A program made the translations under genes and the position numbers. 64,000 bases of DNA, taken from Gemmatimonadota bacterium. Lineage in GTDB: Bacteria; Gemmatimonadota; Gemmatimonadetes; Gemmatimonadales; GWC2-71-9. Every line of letters starts with the position of its first letter. The first letter of the stretch is position 1. The notes under the pieces are model-generated. The model saw only the letters and a program-made list of their open reading frames with translations, had not been told where the DNA came from and did not search any database. The stretch is from the NCBI GenBank assembly GCA_036679645.1, contig JAZDCY010000016.1:64001-128000 (forward strand), in the 5' to 3' direction. Below are positions 7,309 through 16,957 of this stretch, in pieces.

Positions 7309-9150
7309 GTGCGGCGCTTCGGGCGCCTCCTGACGTATCTGCGGCCCTATCGCCGGGCGCTCACGGTGAGCGCCGGCGCAGCGGTCGTCGCGTCGGCGCT
7401 GGACGGATTCTCGTTCACGCTCCTCATCCCGTTTCTGCGGCTGCTCTTCGGAGAGGGGACCGCGCTGGCGGCAACACCGACCGCGGTCGAGCGGGTTCAG
7501 GATGCCCTCGCCGGACCGCTGTTGGACGGTGCCTCCCGCGGGACCGCGCTGGCGGTCGTCATGGTCCTGATTGTGGGCGCGCTGCTGCTCAAGAATGCGG
7601 CCGTGTATGTGGCGCGGTACCTCGCGGTCGCCACGCAAGAGCGCGTGGCGCGCGATCTCCGAGTTGCGCTCTTCGATCACCTCCTGCGACTGGGTCTTCC
7701 GTACTTCCAGCGAGCGAAGGGTGGCCAACTCATGGCCCGTGCGCTCAGCGATGCCGATCAGACGCGCCAGGCGGTTGGTGCGGCGCTGATCGCCCTTCTG
7801 CGGAATGGTGCGGCGGTCGTTATCTACATCGCCCTGCTGGTGGCACTGTCCTGGCGCTTGACGCTCGTCACACTCGTGCTCGCCCCGGCACTCGCGCTGT
7901 GCCTCCGCCCGGTGCTCAGCGGTGTGAGACGGTTGGTGGTGCGCGCGACGGAGGCGCGGGGGGGCATGGCGGCGATTCTCCACGAGACGGTTCGCGGTAT
8001 ACGCATAGTGAAGGCCCACGGTGCCGAGGCGGACGAGCGCCGTCGGTTTCGCGAGGCGGCGGATGGCCAGGTTACGGCCGTGCTTCGCGCGCAGCGACTC
8101 GCCGTCCTCGCCAGCCCGTTGAGCGAAGCCCTCGGTGCGCTCGTCATCGGTGCGCTCCTTCTCGTGGGTGTTCAGGCGGCGGGCTTGGGTGCGCTGCGTG
8201 CCGAGGTGTTCGTGACATTCGTAGCACTCTCGTTGCGCCTGCTCTCGCCGGTGAAGGCGTTGAGCCAGTTCCCGGCGCTCGCGGCAGAAGCAGTGGCCGG
8301 GGCAGACAGAATCTTCGAGGTGCTCGACGTGCCGCCCGACGATAGCGATGATCCCGGCGCCCGCACCTTCAATGGGACGCACGATGAGATCGCTTTTCGC
8401 GACGTCTGGGTGGGTTACGAACCCGGACGCTGGGCGATCCAGGCGGTCGACCTCCGGGTGCGGCGCGGAGAGATCGTGGCGATCGTGGGGCCCTCGGGTG
8501 CCGGCAAATCGACGCTCGTCGATCTCCTCGCCCGGTTCGTAGATCCCCAACGCGGTGCGGTTACCATCGACAACGTCCCGCTCACGGACTACAGCCGAAC
8601 GTCGCTCAGGCGATCGCTTGGGTTCGTGAGTCAGGAGACGATCCTCTTCAACGATACGGTGCGCGCGAACATCGCCTACGGCAGTGACGCCGGTGCCGGG
8701 CTCGACCGGGTTCAGGACGCGGCACGCGCCGCCAATGCGCACGATTTCATATGTGCGCTACCCGACGGATACGATACGCTGGTCGGCGAGCGGGGTACGC
8801 GGCTATCGGGCGGCGAACGCCAGCGTCTCGCCATCGCACGTGCGCTGCTGCACGACCCGCCCATTCTCATTCTTGACGAAGCCACATCAGCGCTCGACAC
8901 CGCGTCGGAACAGTCGGTCCGCTCGGCGATCGAATGCCTCATGCGCGACCGGACCGTGTTCGTGATCGCGCACCGACTGTCGACCCTGCGGCATGCCGAC
9001 CGGATCGTCGTGCTAAACGAGGGGCGGGTCGTCGAGTCGGGATCCCACGACGACCTGCTTCAGCGTGGCGGGTGGTACGAGACGTCGTGGGGTCAGGACC
9101 CGGTCAGGCGGTTTCCTCGGCAGGACCATCCTGCACCCGCACGGCGCTGA
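7309..9150 (+). CDS. ABC exporter, fused permease/ATPase (MsbA-like)
   Basis: N-terminal TM region, GPSGAGKST, VSQETILF, LSGGERQR, ILILDEATSALD, IAHRLST. Confidence 0.92.
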   Translation: MRRFGRLLTYLRPYRRALTVSAGAAVVASALDGFSFTLLIPFLRLLFGEGTALAATPTAVERVQDALAGPLLDGASRGTALAVVMVLIVGALLLKNAAVYVARYLAVATQERVARDLRVALFDHLLRLGLPYFQRAKGGQLMARALSDADQTRQAVGAALIALLRNGAAVVIYIALLVALSWRLTLVTLVLAPALALCLRPVLSGVRRLVVRATEARGGMAAILHETVRGIRIVKAHGAEADERRRFREAADGQVTAVLRAQRLAVLASPLSEALGALVIGALLLVGVQAAGLGALRAEVFVTFVALSLRLLSPVKALSQFPALAAEAVAGADRIFEVLDVPPDDSDDPGARTFNGTHDEIAFRDVWVGYEPGRWAIQAVDLRVRRGEIVAIVGPSGAGKSTLVDLLARFVDPQRGAVTIDNVPLTDYSRTSLRRSLGFVSQETILFNDTVRANIAYGSDAGAGLDRVQDAARAANAHDFICALPDGYDTLVGERGTRLSGGERQRLAIARALLHDPPILILDEATSALDTASEQSVRSAIECLMRDRTVFVIAHRLSTLRHADRIVVLNEGRVVESGSHDDLLQRGGWYETSWGQDPVRRFPRQDHPAPARR

Positions 9151-10183
9151 TCGCACGGGTCGGGCACTGCGCGACACACACCCCGTCGATCGCCGACCAG
9201 CGAGGTTCAGGGTCCGTCACTACCGCCTTCCCCTCGTCGTCCAGCTCGAACAGGCCCGGCGGGCCGATGGAGACGCAGGCTCTGCACCCGACGCAACGAT
9301 CCCGATCGATCGTGACACGGTACCGGTGCCGTGGATAGATGCCGACCGAGCCGGGCACCGGAATACCGCCCTCTTCGTCGAACGGTTCGTTCGCGGCCGC
9401 GTATCCGGCGCGCAGCAGGTCAGCGTTGTGGTCGAACGAGAGCAGATGGACGTCCCACACTTTGGGCCGCACGAGTACCAGCGGAGGGTGCGACCAGGAG
9501 CGCAGCGCCGTCTCGTCCATTCGCTGGACGGCGATCTCGATCGCGCGCGCATACACCGCTGCGAACCCGGATTTCTGGACCATTGCCCCGTCGTGGTACC
9601 GCGCGCCGATGTCGACGGCGAACACCATGTCGCGATCCGCTCGCGCACAGGGATGGACTGGGAGATTGGCGGCGGCGGCGCCATCGATGAAATAGCTATC
9701 CCCAATCCGGTGCGGCGCGATGACGCCGGGAAGGGCACAGGATGCGAGAACCGCTTCGGCCACCGGCAGATTGCGCAGACCGGGTTGGCCCCAAAACACC
9801 TGCGTGCCGGTGTTGATGTCTACGGTGTTGACGAGCAGCGGACGCTCGAGCTCCTCGAATGTCAGGTCGCCCAGGAGCCCCTTGATGAAATGGGCCAACG
9901 GCTCGGTGCGATAGAGCGCGGGGGCCCGCATGCGCCGCAGGGCCATGTCACCGTGCGCGACCTGGAAGAGGTCCCGTCGTCGGAGCCCGAGCGCGAGTTC
10001 CTTGATGCCGGCGACGGACATGCCGGCGCACCACGATGCCGCAATGAGCGCTCCGACGCTCGAGCCGACCACGTCCTGCGGCAGGAAGCCACGCTCCTCG
10101 AGCGCCTCGAGCACGCCGATATGCGCGAGCCCGCGCATGCCGCCGCCGCCGAGCACTAGAGTGTAGTTACGCACGTCGTTCAT
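9104..10183 (-). CDS. Patatin-like phospholipase fused to a C-terminal ferredoxin domain
   Basis: GGGGMRG oxyanion motif, GSSVG nucleophile, DGA catalytic Asp; C-terminal VTIDRDRCVGCRAC...CVAQCPTRAI. Confidence 0.88.
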   Translation of the reverse strand: MNDVRNYTLVLGGGGMRGLAHIGVLEALEERGFLPQDVVGSSVGALIAASWCAGMSVAGIKELALGLRRRDLFQVAHGDMALRRMRAPALYRTEPLAHFIKGLLGDLTFEELERPLLVNTVDINTGTQVFWGQPGLRNLPVAEAVLASCALPGVIAPHRIGDSYFIDGAAAANLPVHPCARADRDMVFAVDIGARYHDGAMVQKSGFAAVYARAIEIAVQRMDETALRSWSHPPLVLVRPKVWDVHLLSFDHNADLLRAGYAAANEPFDEEGGIPVPGSVGIYPRHRYRVTIDRDRCVGCRACVSIGPPGLFELDDEGKAVVTDPEPRWSAIDGVCVAQCPTRAISAVRVQDGPAEETA

Positions 10184-10272
10184 CGAACCGTACGGCTCCG
10201 TACGTGACGGTGCGCAGCCCCGCCGCACGCGTTATACCTTTGTACGAGCATGTCGACTACGGAGAAAGGGCC

Positions 10273-10728
10273 GTGAGCACGTGCGCGTTCTGCGCTGTCG
10301 TGCAGGGCCATGCACCGGGGAGCATCGTCTACGAGGACGACGCCTTGCTCGCGTTCCTGGATCTGTATCCGGTGAATCGGGGCCACACGCTGGTGGTACC
10401 GAAAGCACACATAGCGGACCTGTCCGACTGCCCCACAGACCTCGCGGCCCGGCTCTTCGGCCTCAGCGTGCGGTTGGCCCCTGCCGTGGTCGCGGCTACT
10501 GGTGCGGAGGGATTCAATGTATGGACCGCCAATGGACGCGTGGCGGGCCAGACCGTATTTCATCTGCACCTGCACATTCTCCCACGCTTTGCGGACGACA
10601 CTTTTGGACTCCGGTTTCCCGAGGACTACCCGCGCAAGGTCGCCCGCGCCGACCTCAACGCATTGGCGCAGCAAATCAAGCTGACCGTGGAAACAGGATC
10701 GAGTGGGTCTTCTTGCCACGGCGGATGA
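10273..10728 (+). CDS. HIT family nucleotide hydrolase
   Basis: CAFC, AFLDLYPVNRGHTLVVPK, AGQTVFHLHLHILPR; GGAG-containing SD before the GTG. Confidence 0.93.
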   Translation: MSTCAFCAVVQGHAPGSIVYEDDALLAFLDLYPVNRGHTLVVPKAHIADLSDCPTDLAARLFGLSVRLAPAVVAATGAEGFNVWTANGRVAGQTVFHLHLHILPRFADDTFGLRFPEDYPRKVARADLNALAQQIKLTVETGSSGSSCHGG

Positions 10729-11941
10729 AGTAGTAGCCACCTGCGAGCGGCGCCGGCGCCGACGCGCCCAGATCGGTCCACCGTTCGCCGTTGATCGAGA
10801 TGCCAGCCTGCTGCACCTGCCGGCGAGCCTCACTCTTTGACGGCACGACGCCGGACGCAGCAATCAACTCGACGATCGGCGTGTCCTCGCCCATGCCGGG
10901 TTCCAGCGGACGGCTCGGAATCTCCGCGGCGAGCATGCGCCACGTATCGGCGGATGCGTCACGGGGCATCAACTCACCGAAGAGCACCCGCGATGCCTCC
11001 GCCACGCTGTCGGCGATGGCGTCACCGTGCGTCCTGCGTGTGAGATCCTCGGCGAGCGCCCGGTGCGGAATGCGCGCTCCCGGCTCGCGCGCGTGCTGTG
11101 CAAGGAGATCGGCGACCGCCTCGCGCGAGTGAAATGTGAACATGCGCACGTAGCGGTCTACGTCACGGTCGTCGGTGTTGATCCAGAACTGGTAGAAGGC
11201 GTAGGGTGATGTCATCTCGGCGTCGAGCCACACCGTGCGTCCTTCCGTCTTGCCGAATTTCGCACCGGACGATGTGGTGATGAGTGGCGCGGCAATCCCA
11301 TGGGCGTCGCCGCCATCGACTCGCCGAATGAGTTCGATGCCCGCTGTGATGTTGCCCCACTGATCGCTGCCGCCCATCTGCAGTTCGCACTGATGGCGAC
11401 GATGGAGCTGCAGATAGTCGTATGCCTGGAGCAACATGTAGCTGAACTCGGTGAAGGAAATACCGCTCTCGAGACGGCTCTTCACCGATTCCTTCTGCAG
11501 CATGTATGACAGCGTGAAGTGTTTGCCGATATCCCGGAGAAATTCCACGAGGTTGAGAGGGATGAGCCAGTCGGCGTTGTCGATCATCAGCGCATCCGAC
11601 TGCCCGTCGCCAAACGTGAGGAACCGCTCAAACTGCCTGTGTTGTCGTGCGGTGTTCTCGGCGATTGTCGCGTCATCGAGTAACGGCCGCTCCGTGCTCT
11701 TGCCGCTTGGATCGCCGATGCGGCCTGTCCCGCCGCCGAGCACCACGATGGGTTTCCCGCCTGCGCGTTGGAGATGCGCCAGCAGCATCACCGGGACCAG
11801 GTTGCCGACCTGGAGGCTGCGCGCGGTCGGGTCGAACCCCACGTAGGCCGAGACCGGCCCCCGCGACAGGCGCGACGCGAGATCGGGCGTCTGGTCGTAC
11901 AACAGGCCCCGCCAAGTGAGCTCTGAGAGAAACGTTTTCAC
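10676..11941 (-). CDS. tyrS: Tyrosine--tRNA ligase
   Basis: YVGFDPTA, IGDPSGK, EFSYMLLQAYD, QMGGSDQWGNI, KFGKT, C-terminal S4 domain (SKSEARR...RRGKK). Start estimated at the GTG. Confidence 0.96.
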   Translation of the reverse strand: MKTFLSELTWRGLLYDQTPDLASRLSRGPVSAYVGFDPTARSLQVGNLVPVMLLAHLQRAGGKPIVVLGGGTGRIGDPSGKSTERPLLDDATIAENTARQHRQFERFLTFGDGQSDALMIDNADWLIPLNLVEFLRDIGKHFTLSYMLQKESVKSRLESGISFTEFSYMLLQAYDYLQLHRRHQCELQMGGSDQWGNITAGIELIRRVDGGDAHGIAAPLITTSSGAKFGKTEGRTVWLDAEMTSPYAFYQFWINTDDRDVDRYVRMFTFHSREAVADLLAQHAREPGARIPHRALAEDLTRRTHGDAIADSVAEASRVLFGELMPRDASADTWRMLAAEIPSRPLEPGMGEDTPIVELIAASGVVPSKSEARRQVQQAGISINGERWTDLGASAPAPLAGGYYFIRRGKKTHSILFPRSA

Positions 11942-12030
11942 GGGTGTGGGGTCATCTGATGAAGTGGGCGAAGGTACGATGGGCGATACCCCATGGCAAG
12001 CGAGTCGGGCGGTCAATAACTTCCCTAGCT

Positions 12031-14190
12031 ATGACACTTGTACGCCGGATTTTCCAGGCCATACAGCGCGTGTGGCACTCGCCACCAGCACGACGTGGCG
12101 TCGGGCTCAGCGCACTGGCGTTCGTCGGCCTCGGCACGGGTGTCAGTCTGGGTTCGTGGACCCGTGCCTGTGCCGGTGGGAACTGCCCGTCCATTGCTGA
12201 GTTCGAGGAGTTCCGACCGAGCCAGGCGCTGAAGATATACGCCGCCGACGGACGGCTGATTACCGAACTGGGGACCGAGCGACGCACAGTCCTTGCACTG
12301 TCGGACCTCCCGCCGACGATTCCGGCCGCCTTCCTCGCAGTCGAGGACAAACGGTTTTACGAACACCACGGGATCGACTACCTGCGGTTCTTCGGTGCGC
12401 TCAAGGCCGTGGTGATGGCGTTCGATTGGGTGCAGGGGTTCTCGACCATCACCATGCAGCTCGCTCGCAACGTATTCCCAGAGAAATTGCCCAGTACCAA
12501 GACCATCCAGCGTAAGCTACGAGAGGTGCAGGTCGCGCTCGAGCTCGAGCGCACCTACTCCAAGGACAAGATCCTCGAACTCTATCTGAACCAGGTCTAC
12601 CTCGGTGGCTCTGCATATGGCGTCGAGGCCGGAGCGCACCGCTACTTCGGCAAATCGGCGCTAGAGCTGAATGTCGCGGAAGCTGCCATGCTCGCCGCCG
12701 TCGTCAACCGACCCGGGCGTTACGACCCGCGGCGTCATCCCGACCGTGCGCTTCCCCGCCGCAATTTGGTGATCAACCTCATGCGCGATGAGGAATACCT
12801 CACCCCCGACGAGGCCGAGTCGTGGAAGGCGTATCCGGTCATCCTCAGTTCCCGACAGGATTTCGGCGACGTCGCGCCGTACTTCGTGGAGTGGGTGCGG
12901 CAGCAGGTCTACGCACGGTTCGGGCGCGCAATCTACGAGCGAGGCTATCGGGTCTACACGACCCTCGACCTGGATATGCAGATCGCCGCGGAGCGCGCGC
13001 TCGGCAACCAGCTCGAGGCGATCGAGAACGAGGTATATGGTCCATACGACCACGTGACCTACGCGGGGTACAGCGACACGGTCGCGGTCCCGCGCAGCCT
13101 GTCCGTCACGCCCTACCTGCAGGGCTCGCTCGTGGCGGTCGAGGCAAGTACCGGATACGTGCGTGCCATGGTCGGCGGACGGGACTTCTCCCACTCGAAG
13201 TTCAATCGCGCGACGCAAGCCCAGCGACAGGCGGGATCTACGTTCAAGCCGTTCGTCTACTCTGCGGCCATCCGTGCGGGCGTTCCGCTCAGCCACATCA
13301 TCGATGACGCGCCGATCACGGAGATTCTGCTGGGCGATTCCTTGCCCTGGGAGCCGCAGAACTACGAGGGCGACTTCCGGGGGCCGATGACGTTGCGCGA
13401 GGGGATTAGACGGTCGCGCAATCTGGTCGCGATTCGGTTGGGTGAGGAGATCGGCGTGCAGCCGGTGCGCGGCGAGGCCCTCCGGTTCGGCCTCTCCACC
13501 CGGGTTCCGTCGTACCCGTCAATGTTCATCGGCTCCGCATCGGTGATCCCGATCGAGATGGTTTCGGCGTACACCGCGTTCGCCAATCGCGGCGTGCGGT
13601 CGGCGCCGGTCGGTGTACGGAGGGTCGAGGACGAAGAGGGGAACATCGTATGGGAGCCGCAGATCCGGCAGGACAGGGTCATGGAACTGCCGCATGCCTG
13701 GCTCATGACCAGCCTGCTCCAGGACGTCGTCAACCGCGGCACGGCCTATACCGCCGTGCGTAATACCGGCCGTTTCCTGCTGCCCGCCGGTGGCAAGACC
13801 GGCACGACCAATGACGGCACCGACGTCTGGTTTATCGGATTCACACCGGAACTCGTGGCCAGCGTATGGATCGGCCTCGATCGACCGCAGCGGATCAAGG
13901 CGCGGTCCGCGGGCGGACGACTCGCCGCCCCGGCCTGGGTGGCGTTCATGAAGGAGATCTACGAGCGGCGGCCCGCCCCCGAGCCATGGGAACGGCCGGA
14001 CGGACTCACCAACGTGGCCATCGATAACGTCACCGGATACCGATGGACCGCGTTCTGCCCCACGCAGGTGCGGCAGTTTGAATGGTTCCTGCCCGGTACC
14101 GAGCCCACCGAATTCTGCCCCGTGCACAATCCGCTGATCAGTCGGGGACCCGCCCACCGGGATCATGTTGCGGTGAGCGGTGCGCGGTGA
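12031..14190 (+). CDS. Class A penicillin-binding protein (PBP1A family)
   Basis: Transglycosylase EDKRFYEHHG, GFSTITMQLARN, RKLRE; transpeptidase STFK, SRN, KTGT. Confidence 0.95.
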   Translation: MTLVRRIFQAIQRVWHSPPARRGVGLSALAFVGLGTGVSLGSWTRACAGGNCPSIAEFEEFRPSQALKIYAADGRLITELGTERRTVLALSDLPPTIPAAFLAVEDKRFYEHHGIDYLRFFGALKAVVMAFDWVQGFSTITMQLARNVFPEKLPSTKTIQRKLREVQVALELERTYSKDKILELYLNQVYLGGSAYGVEAGAHRYFGKSALELNVAEAAMLAAVVNRPGRYDPRRHPDRALPRRNLVINLMRDEEYLTPDEAESWKAYPVILSSRQDFGDVAPYFVEWVRQQVYARFGRAIYERGYRVYTTLDLDMQIAAERALGNQLEAIENEVYGPYDHVTYAGYSDTVAVPRSLSVTPYLQGSLVAVEASTGYVRAMVGGRDFSHSKFNRATQAQRQAGSTFKPFVYSAAIRAGVPLSHIIDDAPITEILLGDSLPWEPQNYEGDFRGPMTLREGIRRSRNLVAIRLGEEIGVQPVRGEALRFGLSTRVPSYPSMFIGSASVIPIEMVSAYTAFANRGVRSAPVGVRRVEDEEGNIVWEPQIRQDRVMELPHAWLMTSLLQDVVNRGTAYTAVRNTGRFLLPAGGKTGTTNDGTDVWFIGFTPELVASVWIGLDRPQRIKARSAGGRLAAPAWVAFMKEIYERRPAPEPWERPDGLTNVAIDNVTGYRWTAFCPTQVRQFEWFLPGTEPTEFCPVHNPLISRGPAHRDHVAVSGAR

Positions 14191-14225
14191 TCAGGAAATG
14201 GCCGCTCATTGCTTACTGTTCACGC

Positions 14226-15188
14226 TCAGTCAATGAACAGCGGAAACACCGGGAACTGCAGCGGGTCGTCGAGCAACAGCTGAATGCGGCCGACATCCGG
14301 CGTCACCAGGTAGATCGCGTGGCGGTTGGGGCCCGTTCCCGGCTCGGCGCCGATCACGATTGACTCGCCGCTCGGCGAGAAAGCGTAGGTCGAGGAGAAA
14401 CCCAACAGCACTGCTGGGCGCTCGTCGCTTACCGGAGCCATGATCGCACGGTACCGCTCGTCGAGAAATCGATTCGGGTTGTCGGGATCGGCAAGGCCGG
14501 CCATGATCGTGTCCGGCCCGTTCTGTCCCGCCCGGAGGAACCCAATCAGCAGCCCCTCGTCGGTCCAGCGGGGCCATCCAAACAGTGGCCGGTTGAGGAT
14601 GCGGGAAAACCCGAACCGGTCAGTGAACGAGCGGGCTCGGTCGGTCAGAAACAGGACCTTGATGAAAACGGAGAGAGGCGTCACCGTGATGAGCGCTATG
14701 CGCTCGTTGTCGGGGCTCATGATCGGTGGCAGCGCGGGATCTGCGTCACCGTACGCGAGCGAATCCAGCGACTTGTTGGCGCGGTCATAGAGCAACACGA
14801 CCCGCTCGGGCGCATACGAGACCAGCGCCACGAACCGCTCATCATTCGAGAACGCCGCGAGGGAATGCGAGGTGGGCATCGGACGGATGATCGTGTCGAG
14901 ACGATTGGGTGTGTTGAGCCCCACCAGGACGAGGGCGTCGCTCGATGGCGTGAGCGCCGCTACGATTCGTTCCCTTGGACCAGCGCCAATCGGCAGCAAC
15001 CCGTCCGGGATCGACGATGCCGTCACGCGCCCGTCGGTCGACAACAGGAGGTTCGCGCCCGTATTCTGCTGGTGGACGAGAATCGTCCGCGACCGCTCCG
15101 GCTCCGGCTCCGGCGGGAGGTCGTCCCCACAGGCGACGAGGCCCACGAGGAGCACTCCTGGTAGCGCAGATCTGTATTGAGCCATCAT
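14226..15188 (-). CDS. Hypothetical lipoprotein, probable TolB-like beta-propeller
   Basis: Lipobox LVAC; repeated FSNDERFVA, MSPDNERIA and FSPSGESIV blade-like motifs. Confidence 0.7.
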   Translation of the reverse strand: MMAQYRSALPGVLLVGLVACGDDLPPEPEPERSRTILVHQQNTGANLLLSTDGRVTASSIPDGLLPIGAGPRERIVAALTPSSDALVLVGLNTPNRLDTIIRPMPTSHSLAAFSNDERFVALVSYAPERVVLLYDRANKSLDSLAYGDADPALPPIMSPDNERIALITVTPLSVFIKVLFLTDRARSFTDRFGFSRILNRPLFGWPRWTDEGLLIGFLRAGQNGPDTIMAGLADPDNPNRFLDERYRAIMAPVSDERPAVLLGFSSTYAFSPSGESIVIGAEPGTGPNRHAIYLVTPDVGRIQLLLDDPLQFPVFPLFID

Positions 15189-15193
15189 CGAGT

Positions 15194-15222
15194 AGACTAG
15201 AGGACCCCCAAGAACGCGTCAA
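15194..15222 (-). promoter_or_regulatory. Putative sigma70 promoter (leaderless) of the lipoprotein gene
   Basis: Minus strand TTGACG-17 nt-TAGTCT, then 5 nt to ATGATG. Confidence 0.55.
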
Positions 15223-15227
15223 CTGAC

Positions 15228-15683
15228 ATGAAAGCCCAGCGACAGGCTGCGATTCTCGACCTCACCCGCCGGGAGCGCGTAGGGAGCCAGGATCATCTCC
15301 GCGCTCTTCTCGCGCAGCGTGGGTTCGAGGTCACCCAGGCGACCCTGTCGCGTGATCTGCGCGAACTGGGCCTGGCAAAGGTGTCGGGCCCCGGTGGTGG
15401 CAGTTACTACGCCGCAGCCACCACATCCGATCCACCACACCCCAGCCTGACCCAGCTAGCGGCGGCGCTGCTGCTCTCCGCCGAGGGGGTCGGCGCGCTG
15501 CTCGTGGTGCGCACACCGGCCGGAAGTGCCAACGCGCTAGCGCACGGGATCGACCGGCAAGCATGGCCCGAACTCGTCGGCACGATAGCCGGTGACGACA
15601 CGATTCTCCTGATTGCCCGGAGCGAGCGGGCCCGGCGCGCGCTGGCCGCGCGGTTGGCTAGGCTGATCCAATCCGGGGGTTGA
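15228..15683 (+). CDS. argR: Arginine repressor
   Basis: RQAAIL, VTQATLSRDLRELG, GTIAGDDT motifs; upstream of argG-argH. Confidence 0.96.
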   Translation: MKAQRQAAILDLTRRERVGSQDHLRALLAQRGFEVTQATLSRDLRELGLAKVSGPGGGSYYAAATTSDPPHPSLTQLAAALLLSAEGVGALLVVRTPAGSANALAHGIDRQAWPELVGTIAGDDTILLIARSERARRALAARLARLIQSGG

Positions 15684-15732
15684 CGTGCCTCGCGGGTGCA
15701 TTATTATGCATTCACGCGCATATAAATACAGA
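15680..15732 (+). promoter_or_regulatory. argGH promoter overlapped by tandem ARG boxes
   Basis: TTGACG (15680)-16 nt-TATTAT; AT-rich box cores TGCATTATTATGCA (15697-15710) and CGCATATAAATACA (15717-15730) resemble the ARG box TGAATWWWWATTCA and start 20 bp apart. Confidence 0.8.
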
Positions 15733-15739
15733 GCCAGCC

Positions 15740-16957
15740 ATGCCTCCCACCTTCGTTCTCTCCTTCTCCGGCGGACTCGACACGTCCGCCATCGTCCCGT
15801 GGCTCCGTGAGCATTACGGGGCTCAGGTGCTCTGCTATACGGCCGATGTTGGGCAGGGGGACTTGGCGGGTCTGGAGGAGCGTGCTGCGCACGCCGGGGC
15901 GGTTGGCTGCGTGGTCGAAGATCTGCGGGAGCGGTTCATCTCTGAGTTCGTGTTCCCGACACTGCGCGCGGGTGCGGTGTACTCGCGCACCTACCTGCTG
16001 GGGACGGCGATGGCCCGACCGCTCATCGCCGCGGGTCAGGTGGCGGCGGCGCGCGACGCCGGCGCCACCGCGCTGGTCCACGGGTGTACCGGCAAGGGCA
16101 ACGACCAGGTCCGGTTCGAGCTCACCTATCAGGCACTCGCGCCCGATCTGGATGTGATCGCGCCCTGGCGGTGCTGGTCGTTCAAGGGACGCCAGGATCT
16201 GATCGACTATGTGCTCAGCCGCGGAATTGCCATCGACGCGAGTGCGGAAAAGGCCATCAGCCGGGATCGCAACCTCTGGCACTGTTCCCATGAGGGTGGG
16301 CCGCTCGAGGATCCGGCGGTTCCGCCGCCCTCCTGGATATTCCAGGCCACCGCAGACCCCGCGGAGGCCCCGGACCGTGCCGAAGAGGTCTCAATAGAGT
16401 TCGACCAGGGTGTACCGGTTGCGGTGGATGCGGTCCCGCTCGGACCGGTGGGGCTGGTCGAACACCTGAACGGCCTCGCCGGTAGTCACGGCGTTGGCCG
16501 AGCCGACGTGGTGGAGGACCGACTGGTCGGAATGAAGAGCCGCGGTATCTACGAGACGCCGGCCGGGACTTTGCTGCGGGTGGCGCACCGCGAGCTCGAG
16601 CAACTCGTGCTTGACCGCCGCACGCTGGCGCTCAAGGACGCGCTCGCCGGAGCCTACGCGGATCTCGTGTACGAAGGACGCTGGTGGACCGCCGAACGCG
16701 AGGCGCTGGACGCCTTCGTGGAGGTCACACAGCGTCCCGTTACCGGGCGGGTACGGATGCGGTTGTTGAAGGGCACGGCAACCGTGATCGCACGGGAGAG
16801 CCCGCACTCGTTGCACTCCATGGAGCTCGCCACCTTCGAGGCCGACGAGGTCTACGATCAGACGGACGCCGCGGGGTTCATCAAGCTGTTCGGGCTTCCT
16901 CTGCGCGTCGAGACCCAGACGCGTTCGCGAACCGCGTCACCAGTCGAGGTCGGATGA
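15740..16957 (+). CDS. argG: Argininosuccinate synthase
   Basis: FSGGLDTS, YLLGTAMARP, HGCTGKGNDQVRFE, GMKSRGIYETP. Confidence 0.97.
   Translation: MPPTFVLSFSGGLDTSAIVPWLREHYGAQVLCYTADVGQGDLAGLEERAAHAGAVGCVVEDLRERFISEFVFPTLRAGAVYSRTYLLGTAMARPLIAAGQVAAARDAGATALVHGCTGKGNDQVRFELTYQALAPDLDVIAPWRCWSFKGRQDLIDYVLSRGIAIDASAEKAISRDRNLWHCSHEGGPLEDPAVPPPSWIFQATADPAEAPDRAEEVSIEFDQGVPVAVDAVPLGPVGLVEHLNGLAGSHGVGRADVVEDRLVGMKSRGIYETPAGTLLRVAHRELEQLVLDRRTLALKDALAGAYADLVYEGRWWTAEREALDAFVEVTQRPVTGRVRMRLLKGTATVIARESPHSLHSMELATFEADEVYDQTDAAGFIKLFGLPLRVETQTRSRTASPVEVG

Noticed and set aside
7119..8742. Numerous long alternative-frame ORFs (for example 7119-8345, 7282-8742, 24591-26078, 19474-20802, 55562-56836)
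   Set aside because: Arg/Ala/Pro-rich or antisense mirrors of well-supported genes, with no family motifs.
10250..10276. Tiny upstream ORFs overlapping GTG starts (MSTTEKGP before HIT; MTPHP before tyrS)
   Set aside because: Such short frames ending in GTGA arise easily by chance, and there is no independent support.
9104..10728. Patatin + HIT (+ distant HNH) as a CBASS-like defence locus
   Set aside because: No CD-NTase or other defence core gene; the genes are divergent and embedded among housekeeping genes.
10676..10728. Convergent 3' overlaps (HIT/tyrS 53 nt; ABC exporter/patatin 47 nt)
   Set aside because: Common in compact GC-rich genomes where stop codons are scarce; the overlapping tails are low-information.
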